Shown: positions 32,875 to 42,508, counted from the first letter of the stretch. The stretch is 64,000 nucleotides of DNA from Butyricicoccaceae bacterium (GCA_052289195.1 DAWAJD010000005.1:12537-76536); one strand, 5' to 3'. Numbers and translations are program-made. The notes: a model not told the origin generated them from the sequence alone.

Positions 32875-34050
32875 ATGGAAGATCGTTTTGTCTATGCGGA
32901 CAACGCGGCGACCACCCCCATCCACGCCGATGTCCTGAATAAAATGATGCCCTTCCTCACCACGGAATACGGCAACGCCAGCACCCTTTACCGTCTGGGC
33001 CAGAGCAGCCACAAGGCGCTGGAGAATGCCCGGCAGGAGGTGGCGCTGCTGATGAACGCCGAGCCCGCGGAGATCACCTTCACCGGCTGCGGCAGCGAAT
33101 CCGACAATCTGGCGCTGCGGGGCTATCTCCATTCCCGTCAGGCCAAGGGCAGGAAGCATCTTATCATCTCCACCATCGAGCACCACGCCATTCTCTACAC
33201 CGCGCAGGCGCTGGAGAAGGAGGGCTTTGCGGTCACCTATCTGCCGGTGAATCAATACGGCCAGGTGGAGCCGCAGGCGCTGGAGCAGGCGATCCGGCCG
33301 GATACCGCGCTGGTCTCCATCATGTTTGCCAACAACGAGATCGGCACCATCAATCCCGTGGCGGAGCTGGGCCGGGTCTGTCATGAAAAGGGCGTTGTGT
33401 TCCATACCGACGCCGTTCAGGCCTACGGTCATGTGCCCATCGATGTGAAGGCCATGAACATTGATATGCTTTCCCTCTCCGGCCATAAGATCAACGCCCC
33501 CAAGGGCGTGGGCGCCATCTATGTCCGCAAGGGCATCCGGCTGGAGCCTCAGCTCACCGGCGGCGGACAGGAGCGGGGCCTCCGCTCCGGCACGGAGAAT
33601 ATCGCCTCCATCGTGGGTCTGGGCGAAGCCGCCCGCCTGAAGCGGGTGAATATGGAGCGGGAGACCGCCTATATCGGCGCGCTGTCCCGCAAGCTCATCG
33701 ACGGCGTCCTGCAGCTGCCTCAGACCATCCTGACGGGCCATCCCACCCAGCGTCTGCCGGGCACCTGCTCCTTCTGCATCAACGCCATTGAGGGCGAGAG
33801 CCTGGTTTTGCGGCTGGACATGAACGGCATCTGCGCCAGCACCGGCTCCGCCTGCTCCACCGGCAGCCTGGATCCCAGCCATGTGCTGCTGGGCATCGGC
33901 CTGAGCCACGAGATCTCCCACGGCTCCCTGCGCCTGACGCTTGGGCCGCAGAACACGGAAGAGGATGTGGATTATATTTTGGAGCGCCTGAAGGGCGTCG
34001 TGGAGACGCTGCGGGCCATGTCTCCCATTTGGGATCCCAAACAGAACTGA
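32875..34050 (+). CDS. nifS: Cysteine desulfurase NifS
   Basis: 391 aa, class V aminotransferase fold. It has the PLP-Lys motif SLSGHKINAPKGVG and the active-site Cys region STGSACS. It lies upstream of nifU. Confidence 0.9.
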   Translation: MEDRFVYADNAATTPIHADVLNKMMPFLTTEYGNASTLYRLGQSSHKALENARQEVALLMNAEPAEITFTGCGSESDNLALRGYLHSRQAKGRKHLIISTIEHHAILYTAQALEKEGFAVTYLPVNQYGQVEPQALEQAIRPDTALVSIMFANNEIGTINPVAELGRVCHEKGVVFHTDAVQAYGHVPIDVKAMNIDMLSLSGHKINAPKGVGAIYVRKGIRLEPQLTGGGQERGLRSGTENIASIVGLGEAARLKRVNMERETAYIGALSRKLIDGVLQLPQTILTGHPTQRLPGTCSFCINAIEGESLVLRLDMNGICASTGSACSTGSLDPSHVLLGIGLSHEISHGSLRLTLGPQNTEEDVDYILERLKGVVETLRAMSPIWDPKQN

Positions 34051-34062
34051 GGAGGAACGAGC

Positions 34063-34545
34063 ATGGATTATTCTGCAAAAGTCATGGATCATTTTGCCCA
34101 TCCCCGCAATGTGGGCGACCTGCCGGACGCCAACGCCGTTGGCGTGGTGGGCAATCAGAAGTGCGGCGATATTATGAAAATGATGATGAGGATCGAGGAT
34201 GGCATCATCAAGGATGTGAAATTCCAGACCTTCGGCTGCGGCGCTGCCGTGGCCACCTCCTCCATGGCCACGGAGCTGGTGAAGGGCAAGTCCATTCAGG
34301 AGGCGCTCCAGCTCACCAACAAGGCCGTCATGGAAGCGCTGGACGGTCTGCCCCCCGTGAAGGTCCACTGCTCCGTTCTGGCGGAGGAGGCCATCCGGGC
34401 CGCGCTGGCGGATTATTATCAGCGGCAGGGCATCGACCCCAAGCCCATCGTGGGCTGCGACGCCAACTGCAGCAGCTGCCATGAGGACCACGGCCACGGC
34501 CATGAGGAGCCCCAGCCCTCTGAGCACTGCGACCCCGCCAAATAA
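34063..34545 (+). CDS. nifU: NifU/IscU-type Fe-S cluster scaffold with a Cys/His-rich C-terminal tail
   Basis: 160 aa. Motifs are NPRNVG, GNQKCGDIM, FQTFGCGAAVA and VHCSVLA. The tail is GCDANCSSCHEDHGHGHEEPQPSEHCD. Confidence 0.88.
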   Translation: MDYSAKVMDHFAHPRNVGDLPDANAVGVVGNQKCGDIMKMMMRIEDGIIKDVKFQTFGCGAAVATSSMATELVKGKSIQEALQLTNKAVMEALDGLPPVKVHCSVLAEEAIRAALADYYQRQGIDPKPIVGCDANCSSCHEDHGHGHEEPQPSEHCDPAK

Positions 34546-34554
34546 CAAAGACAT

Positions 34555-34590
34555 GAAAAAAGAGCCTGCCCTGCGGCAGGCTCTTTTTTT
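34555..34590. terminator. Bidirectional terminator between nifU and the HMA gene
   Basis: AAAAAAGAGCCTGCC-CTGC-GGCAGGCTCTTTTTTT. Confidence 0.75.
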
Positions 34591-34595
34591 CTTTG

Positions 34596-34856
34596 TCAGC
34601 GCTTTTTCCCAAGGCCAAACAGGCCCTTTTTTTCATAAGGATGGCTTTCCAGCCCCAAAAAGGTATAGCCGGTCTTTTCGATGGCGGCCTTCAGGGCGGC
34701 CTCGTCCGGCTGCTGCTGGCTGATCACCACAGTCTGCCCCTTTCCGTGGGACGCAGAGACCTTTTTCACCGGAACAGCGCTGCGGATGGCATTGCAGATG
34801 TGGGCTTCACACATGCCGCACATCATGCCGTCAATGCGGATAACGGTTTCAAACAT
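34596..34856 (-). CDS. Heavy-metal-associated (HMA) domain protein / metallochaperone
   Basis: The start was set at the ATG at 34856 (MFETVIRIDGMMCGMCEAHI...), which lies 5-6 nt after AGGAGGAGGA. The MxCxxC motif is GMMCGMC. The protein is 86 aa. Confidence 0.8.
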   Translation of the reverse strand: MFETVIRIDGMMCGMCEAHICNAIRSAVPVKKVSASHGKGQTVVISQQQPDEAALKAAIEKTGYTFLGLESHPYEKKGLFGLGKKR

Positions 34857-35037
34857 GGGATCCTCCTCCTGATGCTCCGACAAGCGGTTAAATTGCTCTA
34901 ATCAACCGCAGTTTACCACTTCCCGCCGCCGTTGTCAAGCGCGCAAAAAACGGCAGCAGGAGCCCGGGGGCTTGCGCCTGCCCGGACTCCTGCCGCTGTA
35001 TTATGAAGAAAGAAGCGAAAACGCGGGATCTGCCTTG

Positions 35038-35751
35038 TCAGCCGCCCAGATAGGCCTTGCGTACTGCGTCGCTGGCCATCAGCTCCGCTCCCGTGCCGGA
35101 GAGGGAGATGCTGCCTGTCTCCAGGACATAGGCCCGGTCTGCTACGGAAAGCGCCGCCTGGGCGTTTTGCTCCACCAGAAGGATCGTGGTGCCTGCCGCA
35201 TGGAGCTCGCGGATGATATCGAAGATCTGCTGCACCAAAATGGGCGCAAGGCCCATGGAGGGCTCGTCCAGCATCAGCAGCCTTGGCCTGGATATCAGCG
35301 CCCGGCCCATGGCCAGCATCTGCTGCTCGCCGCCGGATAGCGTCCCGGCCACCTGCTTATGCCGCTCCGCCAGACGGGGAAAGCGGCGATACACATCCTC
35401 GATGCCGGCCTGAATGGAGGAGGAGGGCTGGGTATAGGCGCCCATCTCCAGATTCTCCTCCACCGTCATTTCCAAAAACACATGCCGCCCCTCGGGGACC
35501 TGTGCCAGGCCGCGCTTGACGATCTTGTGGGGCGGAACGCCATGGAGGTCGTGACCGTCGAAGATCACGCTGCCGCTCTGAGGATGGAGCAGGCCGGAGA
35601 CCGTGTTGAGCACGGTGGATTTTCCCGCGCCGTTGGCGCCGATGAGGGTGACGATCTCCCCCTCCCGGACCGCAAAGGAGACGCCCTTGACCGCGTGGAT
35701 GCTGCCGTAATAGACCTGCAGGTCCTTCACCTGAAGCAATGCCTCGCTCAT
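35038..35751 (-). CDS. livF: Branched-chain amino-acid ABC transporter ATP-binding protein LivF
   Basis: 237 aa with GANGAGKST, LSGGEQQMLA and LMLDEPSMGLAP. It is last in the LivJHMGF-order operon. Confidence 0.9.
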   Translation of the reverse strand: MSEALLQVKDLQVYYGSIHAVKGVSFAVREGEIVTLIGANGAGKSTVLNTVSGLLHPQSGSVIFDGHDLHGVPPHKIVKRGLAQVPEGRHVFLEMTVEENLEMGAYTQPSSSIQAGIEDVYRRFPRLAERHKQVAGTLSGGEQQMLAMGRALISRPRLLMLDEPSMGLAPILVQQIFDIIRELHAAGTTILLVEQNAQAALSVADRAYVLETGSISLSGTGAELMASDAVRKAYLGG

Positions 35752-36593
35752 GCCTGCACCTCCTTGCTTTTGCCCAGATAGGCCTCAATGACCTGAGGAT
35801 CGGACTGGATATCCTCCGGCGAGCCCTTGGCGATGAGCTTTCCAAAATTGAGAACGGCGATGCCCTCGCAGATGTTCATCACCAGATTCATATCGTGCTC
35901 GATGAGCAGGACGGCGATGCCGAAGGTGTCCCGGATGGTACGGATGTTTTCCATCAGCTCCGCCGTTTCTGAGGGGTTCATGCCCGCCGCCGGCTCGTCC
36001 AGCAGCAGCAGGCAGGGGTTGGTGGCCAGCGCACGGAGGATCTCCAGCCGGCGCTGGGCGCCGTAAGGAAGGCTGCCCGCCTTGTCCTCGGCGTATTTTT
36101 CCATGTGGAAGATGGAAAGCAGCTCCATGGCCCGCTCGTGGGCCACCCGCTCGCCTCTCCAGAAGGAGGGAAGACGGAAAATGCCGCTGAACATATTGTA
36201 TTCGATCTGACTGTTCATGGCGACGGTGATGTTTTCTTCCACCGTCAGCTGGGAAAACAGCCGGATGTTCTGAAAGGTGCGGGCGATGCCCGCCCGGTTC
36301 ACCTGGGCGGTGTTCAGGTCGTGGATGTCACGACCGTCCAGCAGGATGGTGCCGTGGGTGGGCTGATAGACCTTGGTGAGCAGGTTGAAGATGGTGGTCT
36401 TGCCTGCGCCGTTGGGGCCGATCAGGCCGGCAATCTCCGTGCGGCCCACGGTGATGTTCAGATTATCCACCGCCTTGAGGCCGCCGAAGGTGATACCCAG
36501 ATCGATGCACTCCAGAATGGGGGTCTTGTTCACATCCCGCTCCGGCAGCAGCGCCGTGCGCACCACCGGGATCAGCTTGGTTCGTTTCGACAT
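35748..36593 (-). CDS. livG: Branched-chain amino-acid ABC transporter ATP-binding protein LivG
   Basis: 281 aa with GPNGAGKTT, LPYGAQRRLEI and LLLDEPAAGMNP. Confidence 0.9.
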   Translation of the reverse strand: MSKRTKLIPVVRTALLPERDVNKTPILECIDLGITFGGLKAVDNLNITVGRTEIAGLIGPNGAGKTTIFNLLTKVYQPTHGTILLDGRDIHDLNTAQVNRAGIARTFQNIRLFSQLTVEENITVAMNSQIEYNMFSGIFRLPSFWRGERVAHERAMELLSIFHMEKYAEDKAGSLPYGAQRRLEILRALATNPCLLLLDEPAAGMNPSETAELMENIRTIRDTFGIAVLLIEHDMNLVMNICEGIAVLNFGKLIAKGSPEDIQSDPQVIEAYLGKSKEVQA

Positions 36594-37604
36594 TTACGCC
36601 GCCTCCCTTCCGGAGCGTTTCTTTTCCCGCTGCCGCTCGGCGATCCGCGCAGGATGCAGGGATTCTGCCAGCGCGCGGAGCTTGGGATTGTTGGTCACCA
36701 GCATCACCAGGATCAGCACCACGGCATAGACCAGCATCCGGTAATCCGCAAACTCCCGCATGGCCTCCGGCAGCGCCTGCAGCACCACCGCAGCCAGAAT
36801 AGAGCCGGGAACGCTGCCCATGCCGCCCAGCACCACGATAACCAGGATCTCGATGGACATATTATAATCAAAGGCCGCGGCCTTCACATTGGCGAAGCAA
36901 TGGCCGTAGAGCGCGCCGGCCGCGCCGGCAAAAAAGGCAGACAGCATGAAAACCGTCAGCTTATAGCGGGTCACATTGATGCCCACGCTTTCTGCGGCGA
37001 TGCGATTGTCCCGGATGGCCATAATGGCCCGGCCATGCTTGGAGCGCTTCAAATGCATCATCACCAGCACCGTCAGCAGCACCAGCACCGCGCCATAGGG
37101 CAGCAGCATGGCTGCCTTGGAATAGATGGCGCCGGTATCCAGGCCCAAAGCGCCGCCGGTGACATTCAGATTCGTAATGATATTCTTCACGATCTCGCCG
37201 CAGGCCAGCGTTACGATGGCCAGATAGTCGCCCTTCAGCCGCAGGGCCGGCAGACCCACCAAAAGGCCAAACAGCGACGCCGTCAGCCCGCCCAGCAGCA
37301 TGGAAAGGGGCAGCCGCACAAAAAGCGGCAGGCTGCCGCTGAGGGCGATGGACAGCAGACAGCCGCTGAACAGGCCGACGGACATAAAGCCCGCATGGCC
37401 CAGGGAAAGCTCGCCCAGCAGACCGACCACCAGATTCAGCGAGACGGCCAGCACGATATAAACAGAAATAGGAAGCAGCATATTGGAGACCTGCCGGGTC
37501 AGACTGCCGCTGCTGAGCAGCAGACCCGCCGCCAGAAACGCGGCGGCGGTGAGCGCGAAGGTCACAAGATCGCCCACGCTTTTGCGCTTTTTACCTTTTG
37601 CCAT
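36594..37604 (-). CDS. livM: Branched-chain amino-acid ABC transporter permease LivM
   Basis: 336 aa, polytopic. It has GELSLGHAGFM and GGMGS motifs. Confidence 0.88.
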   Translation of the reverse strand: MAKGKKRKSVGDLVTFALTAAAFLAAGLLLSSGSLTRQVSNMLLPISVYIVLAVSLNLVVGLLGELSLGHAGFMSVGLFSGCLLSIALSGSLPLFVRLPLSMLLGGLTASLFGLLVGLPALRLKGDYLAIVTLACGEIVKNIITNLNVTGGALGLDTGAIYSKAAMLLPYGAVLVLLTVLVMMHLKRSKHGRAIMAIRDNRIAAESVGINVTRYKLTVFMLSAFFAGAAGALYGHCFANVKAAAFDYNMSIEILVIVVLGGMGSVPGSILAAVVLQALPEAMREFADYRMLVYAVVLILVMLVTNNPKLRALAESLHPARIAERQREKKRSGREAA

Positions 37605-37609
37605 AGCCG

Positions 37610-38488
37610 TTACACCTTCTCGCTGATTTTTTTGCCCAGCAGACCCGTGGGCCGGACCACCAGCACCAGCACCAGAACGCCAAAAACGATGGCATCGGCC
37701 CAGAGGGTGGAGATATAGGTCTTGGAAAGCTGCTCGATGAGGCCCAGCAGGATGCCGCCCAGCATGGCTCCGGGGATGGAGCCGATGCCGCCGAACACGG
37801 CCGCCGTAAAGGCCTTGATGCCGGGCATGGCGCCGGTGGTGGGCTTGATATAGACATAGGACATTCCGTAGAAGATGCTGGCAAAGGCGGCCAGCGCAGA
37901 GCCGATGACAAAGGTCAGGGTGATGGTGCGATTGACGCTGATGCCCATCAGCGAGGCCGCCGCCTTATCCTCCGAGACGGCCCGCATCGCCTTGCCCAGC
38001 TTGGTCCTGTTGATAAACAGCGTCAGCCCCACCATAATGAGCGCGGTGGTGGCCAGCGTCAGAAGCGTGATGCCGCTCACCGTCACCGGCCCAAGCCGCA
38101 GCTCGGGCAGCGAGACCAGCGTGGGATAGGCCTTCTGCTGGGAGCCGAAGATCAGCAGCGCCAGATTTTGCAGCAGATAGCTGACGCCGATGGCCGTGAT
38201 CAATACGCTGAGGGCCGGCGCCTGCCGCAGGGGCTTATAGGCAAAATGCTCGATGGTCATGCCCAGAAGGGCGCATACAGCCACACTGAGCACAATGGCG
38301 ATCACCGGCGGCAGGCCAAGCTGCGTCACAGTCACAATGCCGGCGTAGGCGCCGATCATAATGATATCGCCATGGGCGAAGTTCAGCATCTTTGCGATGC
38401 CATAGACCATGGTATAGCCCAAAGCGATGAGGGCATAGATGCTTCCAAGGCTCAGGCCGCTGATCAGGGTCTGGATCAGTTTGATCAT
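37610..38488 (-). CDS. livH: Branched-chain amino-acid ABC transporter permease LivH
   Basis: The start was set at the ATG at 38488 (MIKLIQTLISGLSLGSIYALIALGYTMVYG). It contains NFAHGD and GGIGS motifs. The protein is 292 aa. Confidence 0.88.
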   Translation of the reverse strand: MIKLIQTLISGLSLGSIYALIALGYTMVYGIAKMLNFAHGDIIMIGAYAGIVTVTQLGLPPVIAIVLSVAVCALLGMTIEHFAYKPLRQAPALSVLITAIGVSYLLQNLALLIFGSQQKAYPTLVSLPELRLGPVTVSGITLLTLATTALIMVGLTLFINRTKLGKAMRAVSEDKAAASLMGISVNRTITLTFVIGSALAAFASIFYGMSYVYIKPTTGAMPGIKAFTAAVFGGIGSIPGAMLGGILLGLIEQLSKTYISTLWADAIVFGVLVLVLVVRPTGLLGKKISEKV

Positions 38489-38587
38489 AATGAGATCCTT
38501 TCTTCCGGGCGCGTATATGCCCCGGGACCCGGAGGCCCCGGAGGCATCACGCAAATGATAAGAGGGGGAAAAGAGAGAAGCTGCAGA

Positions 38588-39772
38588 TTATTTTGCGAAG
38601 GTGGTACCAACGCCGTCGCGGTACAGGATGGCGCTGGCCGCCTTCTGGGTGTTGCCGTCGGCTGTCCAGGTCATGGTGCCGGTAACGCCTTCCACGGTGA
38701 TCTGGGTCATGGCCTGAGCCAGCGCCGCGCCGGATACATCGCCGCCGGCCTTTTCCACAGCGGCCTTCACGGCATAGACGGCGTCGTAGCCATCGGCGGC
38801 AAACTGATCGGGGGTCTCGTCGTTATAAGCGGCCTTGTAGGCGCTGACGAAGGCCTGGACCTTTTCATCGGAGGAATCGGCGGCAAAGGGCGTGAGCATC
38901 AGCACATTGTTTGCGATGGTGGGATCCTGCTCTACCTTGCCAAGGATGCCGTCCAGACCGTCGGCGCCGAAGAAGTAAACATCATCAGCAAACTTGCCCT
39001 TGGCCTGGGTCAGGAAGGTGGAAGCCTCCTCTGCGTAGATGGGGATAAAGACGACCTTGACGCCGGAAGCGACCAGTGCGTCGATCTGGGTGGAAAAGTC
39101 GGTGGCGGTGGTGGTGGTAAAGGTCTGGGTCTCCTTGATGGTCAGGTTCAGCTCTCCGGCCTTTTCCACAAAGGCGTTGTAGAGGCCCACGGAATAGTCG
39201 TAATCGCTCTCATAGAGGACGCCCACCTCGGTGGCCAGCTGATTGTCGCAGATATATTCCGCAGCAGCAGCGCCCTGATAGGAATCGTAGAAGCAGACGC
39301 GGAAGGCCTTGTCGTTGCCGTCGATGCACTTGTCGTTGGAGCCGGAGGGGGTCAGCAGAAGGATGTCGTCCTCCCGGGCCGCCGCCGTGACGGAGGCCAT
39401 CTCACCGGAAAAGACCGTGCCCAGAGAGACCTGCATGCCATCGTCCATCAGCTTGCCGTAGGCGTTGACGGCGCTCTCGGGATCGCCCTGAGAATCCTGG
39501 AACTCCAGGGTCAGCTGCTTGCCGCCGACGCCGCCGTTCTGATTGATCTCTTCCACGGCCAGCTTGATGCCGTTCTGAACAGACAGGCCGTAGTTGGCAT
39601 AGCCGCCGGTGAGGGGGCCGATGCAGCCCAGCTTCAGCGTGTCGCCGGAGGCTTGGGCGCCGCCGTTGGCGCTGCCGTTATTGTTTGTGTTGCCGTTGTT
39701 GTTCTGTCCGCAGGCAGCCAGGACAAATACCATGGCCGCGGCGAGGACTGCGCACAATACTTTCTTTTTCAT
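38588..39772 (-). CDS. livJ: Branched-chain amino-acid ABC transporter substrate-binding lipoprotein (LivJ/K-like)
   Basis: The ATG at 39772 follows AAAGGAGAA. It has lipobox LAACGQ and an N/G-rich linker. The rest is a type 1 PBP sequence (KLGCIGPLTGGYANYG). Confidence 0.88.
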   Translation of the reverse strand: MKKKVLCAVLAAAMVFVLAACGQNNNGNTNNNGSANGGAQASGDTLKLGCIGPLTGGYANYGLSVQNGIKLAVEEINQNGGVGGKQLTLEFQDSQGDPESAVNAYGKLMDDGMQVSLGTVFSGEMASVTAAAREDDILLLTPSGSNDKCIDGNDKAFRVCFYDSYQGAAAAEYICDNQLATEVGVLYESDYDYSVGLYNAFVEKAGELNLTIKETQTFTTTTATDFSTQIDALVASGVKVVFIPIYAEEASTFLTQAKGKFADDVYFFGADGLDGILGKVEQDPTIANNVLMLTPFAADSSDEKVQAFVSAYKAAYNDETPDQFAADGYDAVYAVKAAVEKAGGDVSGAALAQAMTQITVEGVTGTMTWTADGNTQKAASAILYRDGVGTTFAK

Positions 39773-39822
39773 GTTTCCGTTCTCCTTTTGTTTCAAAAAA
39801 TATCATCATGAAGTATATATAC

Positions 39823-39858
39823 AAAAAAGCGGCTCCGCCTTCCCCGGCGGAACCGCTC
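39823..39858 (-). terminator. Rho-independent terminator of the small membrane-protein gene
   Basis: On the minus strand, GAGCGGTTCCGCC-GGGGA-AGGCGGAGCCGC is followed by TTTTTT. Confidence 0.6.
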
Positions 39859-39874
39859 TACTGTATCGAAGCAA

Positions 39875-40138
39875 TCATTCTTCCAACAGCAGACTTTTCC
39901 AACCAAGGGCATTGTTCCAGGCCAGCGTAATAATATACAGGCCAACCAGAATCAGCGCCAGTACCAGAATGGACAGGCGCAGGTTGAAAATCATGCAAAT
40001 AGAAACGGACGCCAGAAGCATGGCGTCCATCAGCAGGAAAAAGCGGGCGGAGGAAGCGCAGCAGCAGGAAGCCTCCGCGCACTGAGCGGAAGCAAAAGAA
40101 GACTTGGTATTGCAGGCTTTTTCAGCAAAACGCTTCAT
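39875..40138 (-). CDS. Small hypothetical membrane protein with a Cys-rich N-terminus
   Basis: The ATG at 40138 follows AAGGAGGA. The 87-aa protein has SAQCAEASCCCASSA followed by two hydrophobic helices. It lies downstream of hsp20 on the same strand. Confidence 0.45.
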   Translation of the reverse strand: MKRFAEKACNTKSSFASAQCAEASCCCASSARFFLLMDAMLLASVSICMIFNLRLSILVLALILVGLYIITLAWNNALGWKSLLLEE

Positions 40139-40345
40139 GCTTCCGTCCTCCTTCCGAAAAACTGTTTCAAAAATGATGGTGCTATTGTAGCGCCGTCGGT
40201 GCGGAAAGTCAATGTGCAAGCTTGACGAAACTTCGGCGAGGGCCCCTTTCGTTTTATATGATATTTTATACAGCGCCGTGGAAGAGACTGGCGCTGCATA
40301 CAAAAAGCCCCGGCTCCGAAGAGCCGGGGCAGGCCGGTCTGGCGG

Positions 40346-40789
40346 TCATTCAATGGTGACGGAAGAGCTTTCCGGCAGCTGCTTCTGGGCTGCCTTGGGA
40401 ACAGACAGCCGCAGGATGCCGTCTTCATACCGGGCGCCGATGTCCTCCGGACGCACATCGCGGCCCACATAGAAGGTCCTGCTGCAGGCGCCGGCATAGC
40501 GCTCCTGCCGGATGTATTTGCCCTTCTTGTCGCTTTCGTCCTTATCCACGCCCTTGGCGGCGCTGATGGTCAGATAGCCGTCCTTCAGGTCTACGCTGAC
40601 TTCGTCCTTCTTGAAGCCGGGCAGGTCGATATCCAGCTCATAGGAGCTTTCGTTTTCCCGCACATCGGTCTTCATCAGGTTCTTGCCGTGCTTGCCGTAA
40701 AGGGCATTGCGGGTCTGAGGAACCATCATGTCAAAGGGATCAGAGAAGAAGTCTTCAAAAAGGTTTTCACCAAAGATGCTGGGCAACAT
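40346..40789 (-). CDS. Hsp20/alpha-crystallin small heat-shock protein
   Basis: 147 aa. MKTDVRENESSYELDIDLPGFKKDEVSVDLKDGYLTISA...GILRLSVPK is a classic alpha-crystallin domain. Confidence 0.9.
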   Translation of the reverse strand: MLPSIFGENLFEDFFSDPFDMMVPQTRNALYGKHGKNLMKTDVRENESSYELDIDLPGFKKDEVSVDLKDGYLTISAAKGVDKDESDKKGKYIRQERYAGACSRTFYVGRDVRPEDIGARYEDGILRLSVPKAAQKQLPESSSVTIE

Positions 40790-40914
40790 AATTCATTCCT
40801 CCGTTTCAATTTGATCTCCGCCGGGGGAAGCCTCCCTGCGGCGGCAGGTGATCGAATGACATTTGTTCGTTCTCTTTCGGGGGATCCTTGCGTCCCTCTC
40901 TTAAGAACAGCTTC

Positions 40915-40956
40915 AGTATACCACGATTTTTAGCACTGTCAACGGGAGAGCGCTAA
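40915..40956 (-). promoter_or_regulatory. hsp20 promoter overlapped by a CIRCE (HrcA operator) inverted repeat
   Basis: On the minus strand, TTGACA (40942-40937) is followed by a 16-nt spacer ending TGG and then TATACT (40920-40915). The CIRCE-like element TTAGCACTG-N9-GAGCGCTAA lies at 40930-40956, against the consensus TTAGCACTC-N9-GAGTGCTAA. Confidence 0.65.
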
Positions 40957-41098
40957 TGTTCATAAATGCAGTACAGTCTGTTTACAAATCATCCGATTTT
41001 TCGCCGCCGAAGCCTGCCGCCGAAGGAATTCGATTGACAAACTACCGTTCGGAAGCTACAATAAAAGAAAATCGGGCAGGGAGGAGGCGGAAGGCCGC

Positions 41099-41716
41099 AT
41101 GGAAAAAGGCAATACCCGGCAGCAGATCCTGCAGGCCGCGCTGGAGCTGTTTTCCACCCAGGGCTTTGAGGCCACTTCGATGTCGCAGATCGCAGACGCC
41201 GTTGGCATCCGCAAGGCCTCGGTATACAGCCATTTTGAAAGCAAGCAGGCCCTTTTGGACGCGCTGCTGCAGGAGACGCTGGAACAATATGACCGGCACT
41301 CCCTGTTTGCCGGGGCAGACTGGGACGATCCGGCCTTTACCGCCGCGCGGCAGGATATCCCGCCGGACCGGGCGGTGGAGAAGATCCTGCAGCAGGTGCG
41401 CTATATCCTGCACGATCCCCAGATCAGCCGCTCCCGGAAGATGCTGACCATCGAGCAGTTCCGCAACCCCACGCTGAAGGCCCTGCGGACCCGGCAGAAC
41501 TATACGGAGGTGCTGCGCTATTTTACCGGCCTGGTGCGCTTTCTCATCCGCCGGGGCAAGCTGGCGGAAGGCGATGCGGAGGCCATGGCGGCGCAGCTCT
41601 GCCTGCCCGTTTCCGTATGGATCGAACTCTGTGACCGGGAGCCGGAGCGGGAGGAAGCGGTGATGGCGCTGATCGAGCGGCATATCCGGCAGTTTTTTGA
41701 AATCTATGGGAGGTGA
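41099..41716 (+). CDS. TetR/AcrR-family transcriptional regulator
   Basis: 205 aa. The HTH region is RQQILQAALELFSTQGFEATSMSQIADAVGIRKASVYSHFESKQALL. Confidence 0.88.
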   Translation: MEKGNTRQQILQAALELFSTQGFEATSMSQIADAVGIRKASVYSHFESKQALLDALLQETLEQYDRHSLFAGADWDDPAFTAARQDIPPDRAVEKILQQVRYILHDPQISRSRKMLTIEQFRNPTLKALRTRQNYTEVLRYFTGLVRFLIRRGKLAEGDAEAMAAQLCLPVSVWIELCDREPEREEAVMALIERHIRQFFEIYGR

Positions 41717-41722
41717 CCTGCT

Positions 41723-42463
41723 ATGGATTACATCCGAATCACCAGAGAAAACATCGACAAGGAGCATATCTGCTGCGCCATGTCCGGCAAGCAGAGCCTT
41801 GCGAAGAAGGAATGGCTCAAGCAGCGCTTTGACGAGGGCCTTGTCTTTTATCGAAGCCAGGAGCGGGGCAAGTGCTTTATCGAATATCTTCCGGCCGAAA
41901 ACGCATGGGTCCCCATTCAGGCGGAGGGCTGGCTCTATATCGACTGTCTGTGGATCGCCGGCGCCATGAAGGGCCACGGCTATGCAAACGATCTGCTGGA
42001 GGAATGTATCCGCGACGCCCGGGCCCAGGGAAAGAAGGGCCTCTGCATCCTTTCTGCGGAGGGGCGCAAGCGGGAGTTTCTGGCAGACCCCAAATTTCTG
42101 GCCCACAAGGGCTTTGCCCTGGCCGATACCTCCGACTGCGGCATCACCCTGATGTATCTGCCGCTGGATCCTGCGGCTGCGCCGCCGCAGTTTCGGGAAT
42201 GTGCCAGACATCCCATGACCCAGGGGGAGGGCTTTGTCCTTTATTATACCGACCAGTGTCCCTTCACTTATTACTGGGTCCCCCGGGTGGAGCAGGCCGC
42301 CAGAGAACAGGGCATCCCCTTCCGGGCGATCCATATCACCGACCGGGAAGCCGCCCAGAGCGTCCCCGCGCCGGTGACCACCTACGCCCTGTTCCGGGAC
42401 GGTAAGTTCGTGACCCAGAGCATCCAGTCGGATAAAAAATTTCTTGCGCTGGCGGCAAAGTAA
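41723..42463 (+). CDS. GNAT N-acetyltransferase with a YoaP-like C-terminal domain
   Basis: 246 aa. The acetyl-CoA-binding-like segment is LWIAGAMKGHGYANDLLEECI. The C-terminal half (YYTDQCPFTYYWVPRVEQAA...TTYALFRDGKFVT) resembles the YoaP-like domain. Confidence 0.65.
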   Translation: MDYIRITRENIDKEHICCAMSGKQSLAKKEWLKQRFDEGLVFYRSQERGKCFIEYLPAENAWVPIQAEGWLYIDCLWIAGAMKGHGYANDLLEECIRDARAQGKKGLCILSAEGRKREFLADPKFLAHKGFALADTSDCGITLMYLPLDPAAAPPQFRECARHPMTQGEGFVLYYTDQCPFTYYWVPRVEQAAREQGIPFRAIHITDREAAQSVPAPVTTYALFRDGKFVTQSIQSDKKFLALAAK

Positions 42464-42508
42464 AGCCGCAGCGCCACACCATACCATCAACAGGAGGAAA
42501 CAGATCCT

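Noticed and set aside
30149-34554. Two long minus-strand ORFs (30149-32404 and 32521-34554) antisense to aspS/rnhA and nifS/nifU
   Set aside because: They are GC-driven antisense frames with Gly/Leu/Ala/His/Gln-rich low-complexity translations. The sense strand encodes textbook AspRS, RNase HI, NifS and NifU.
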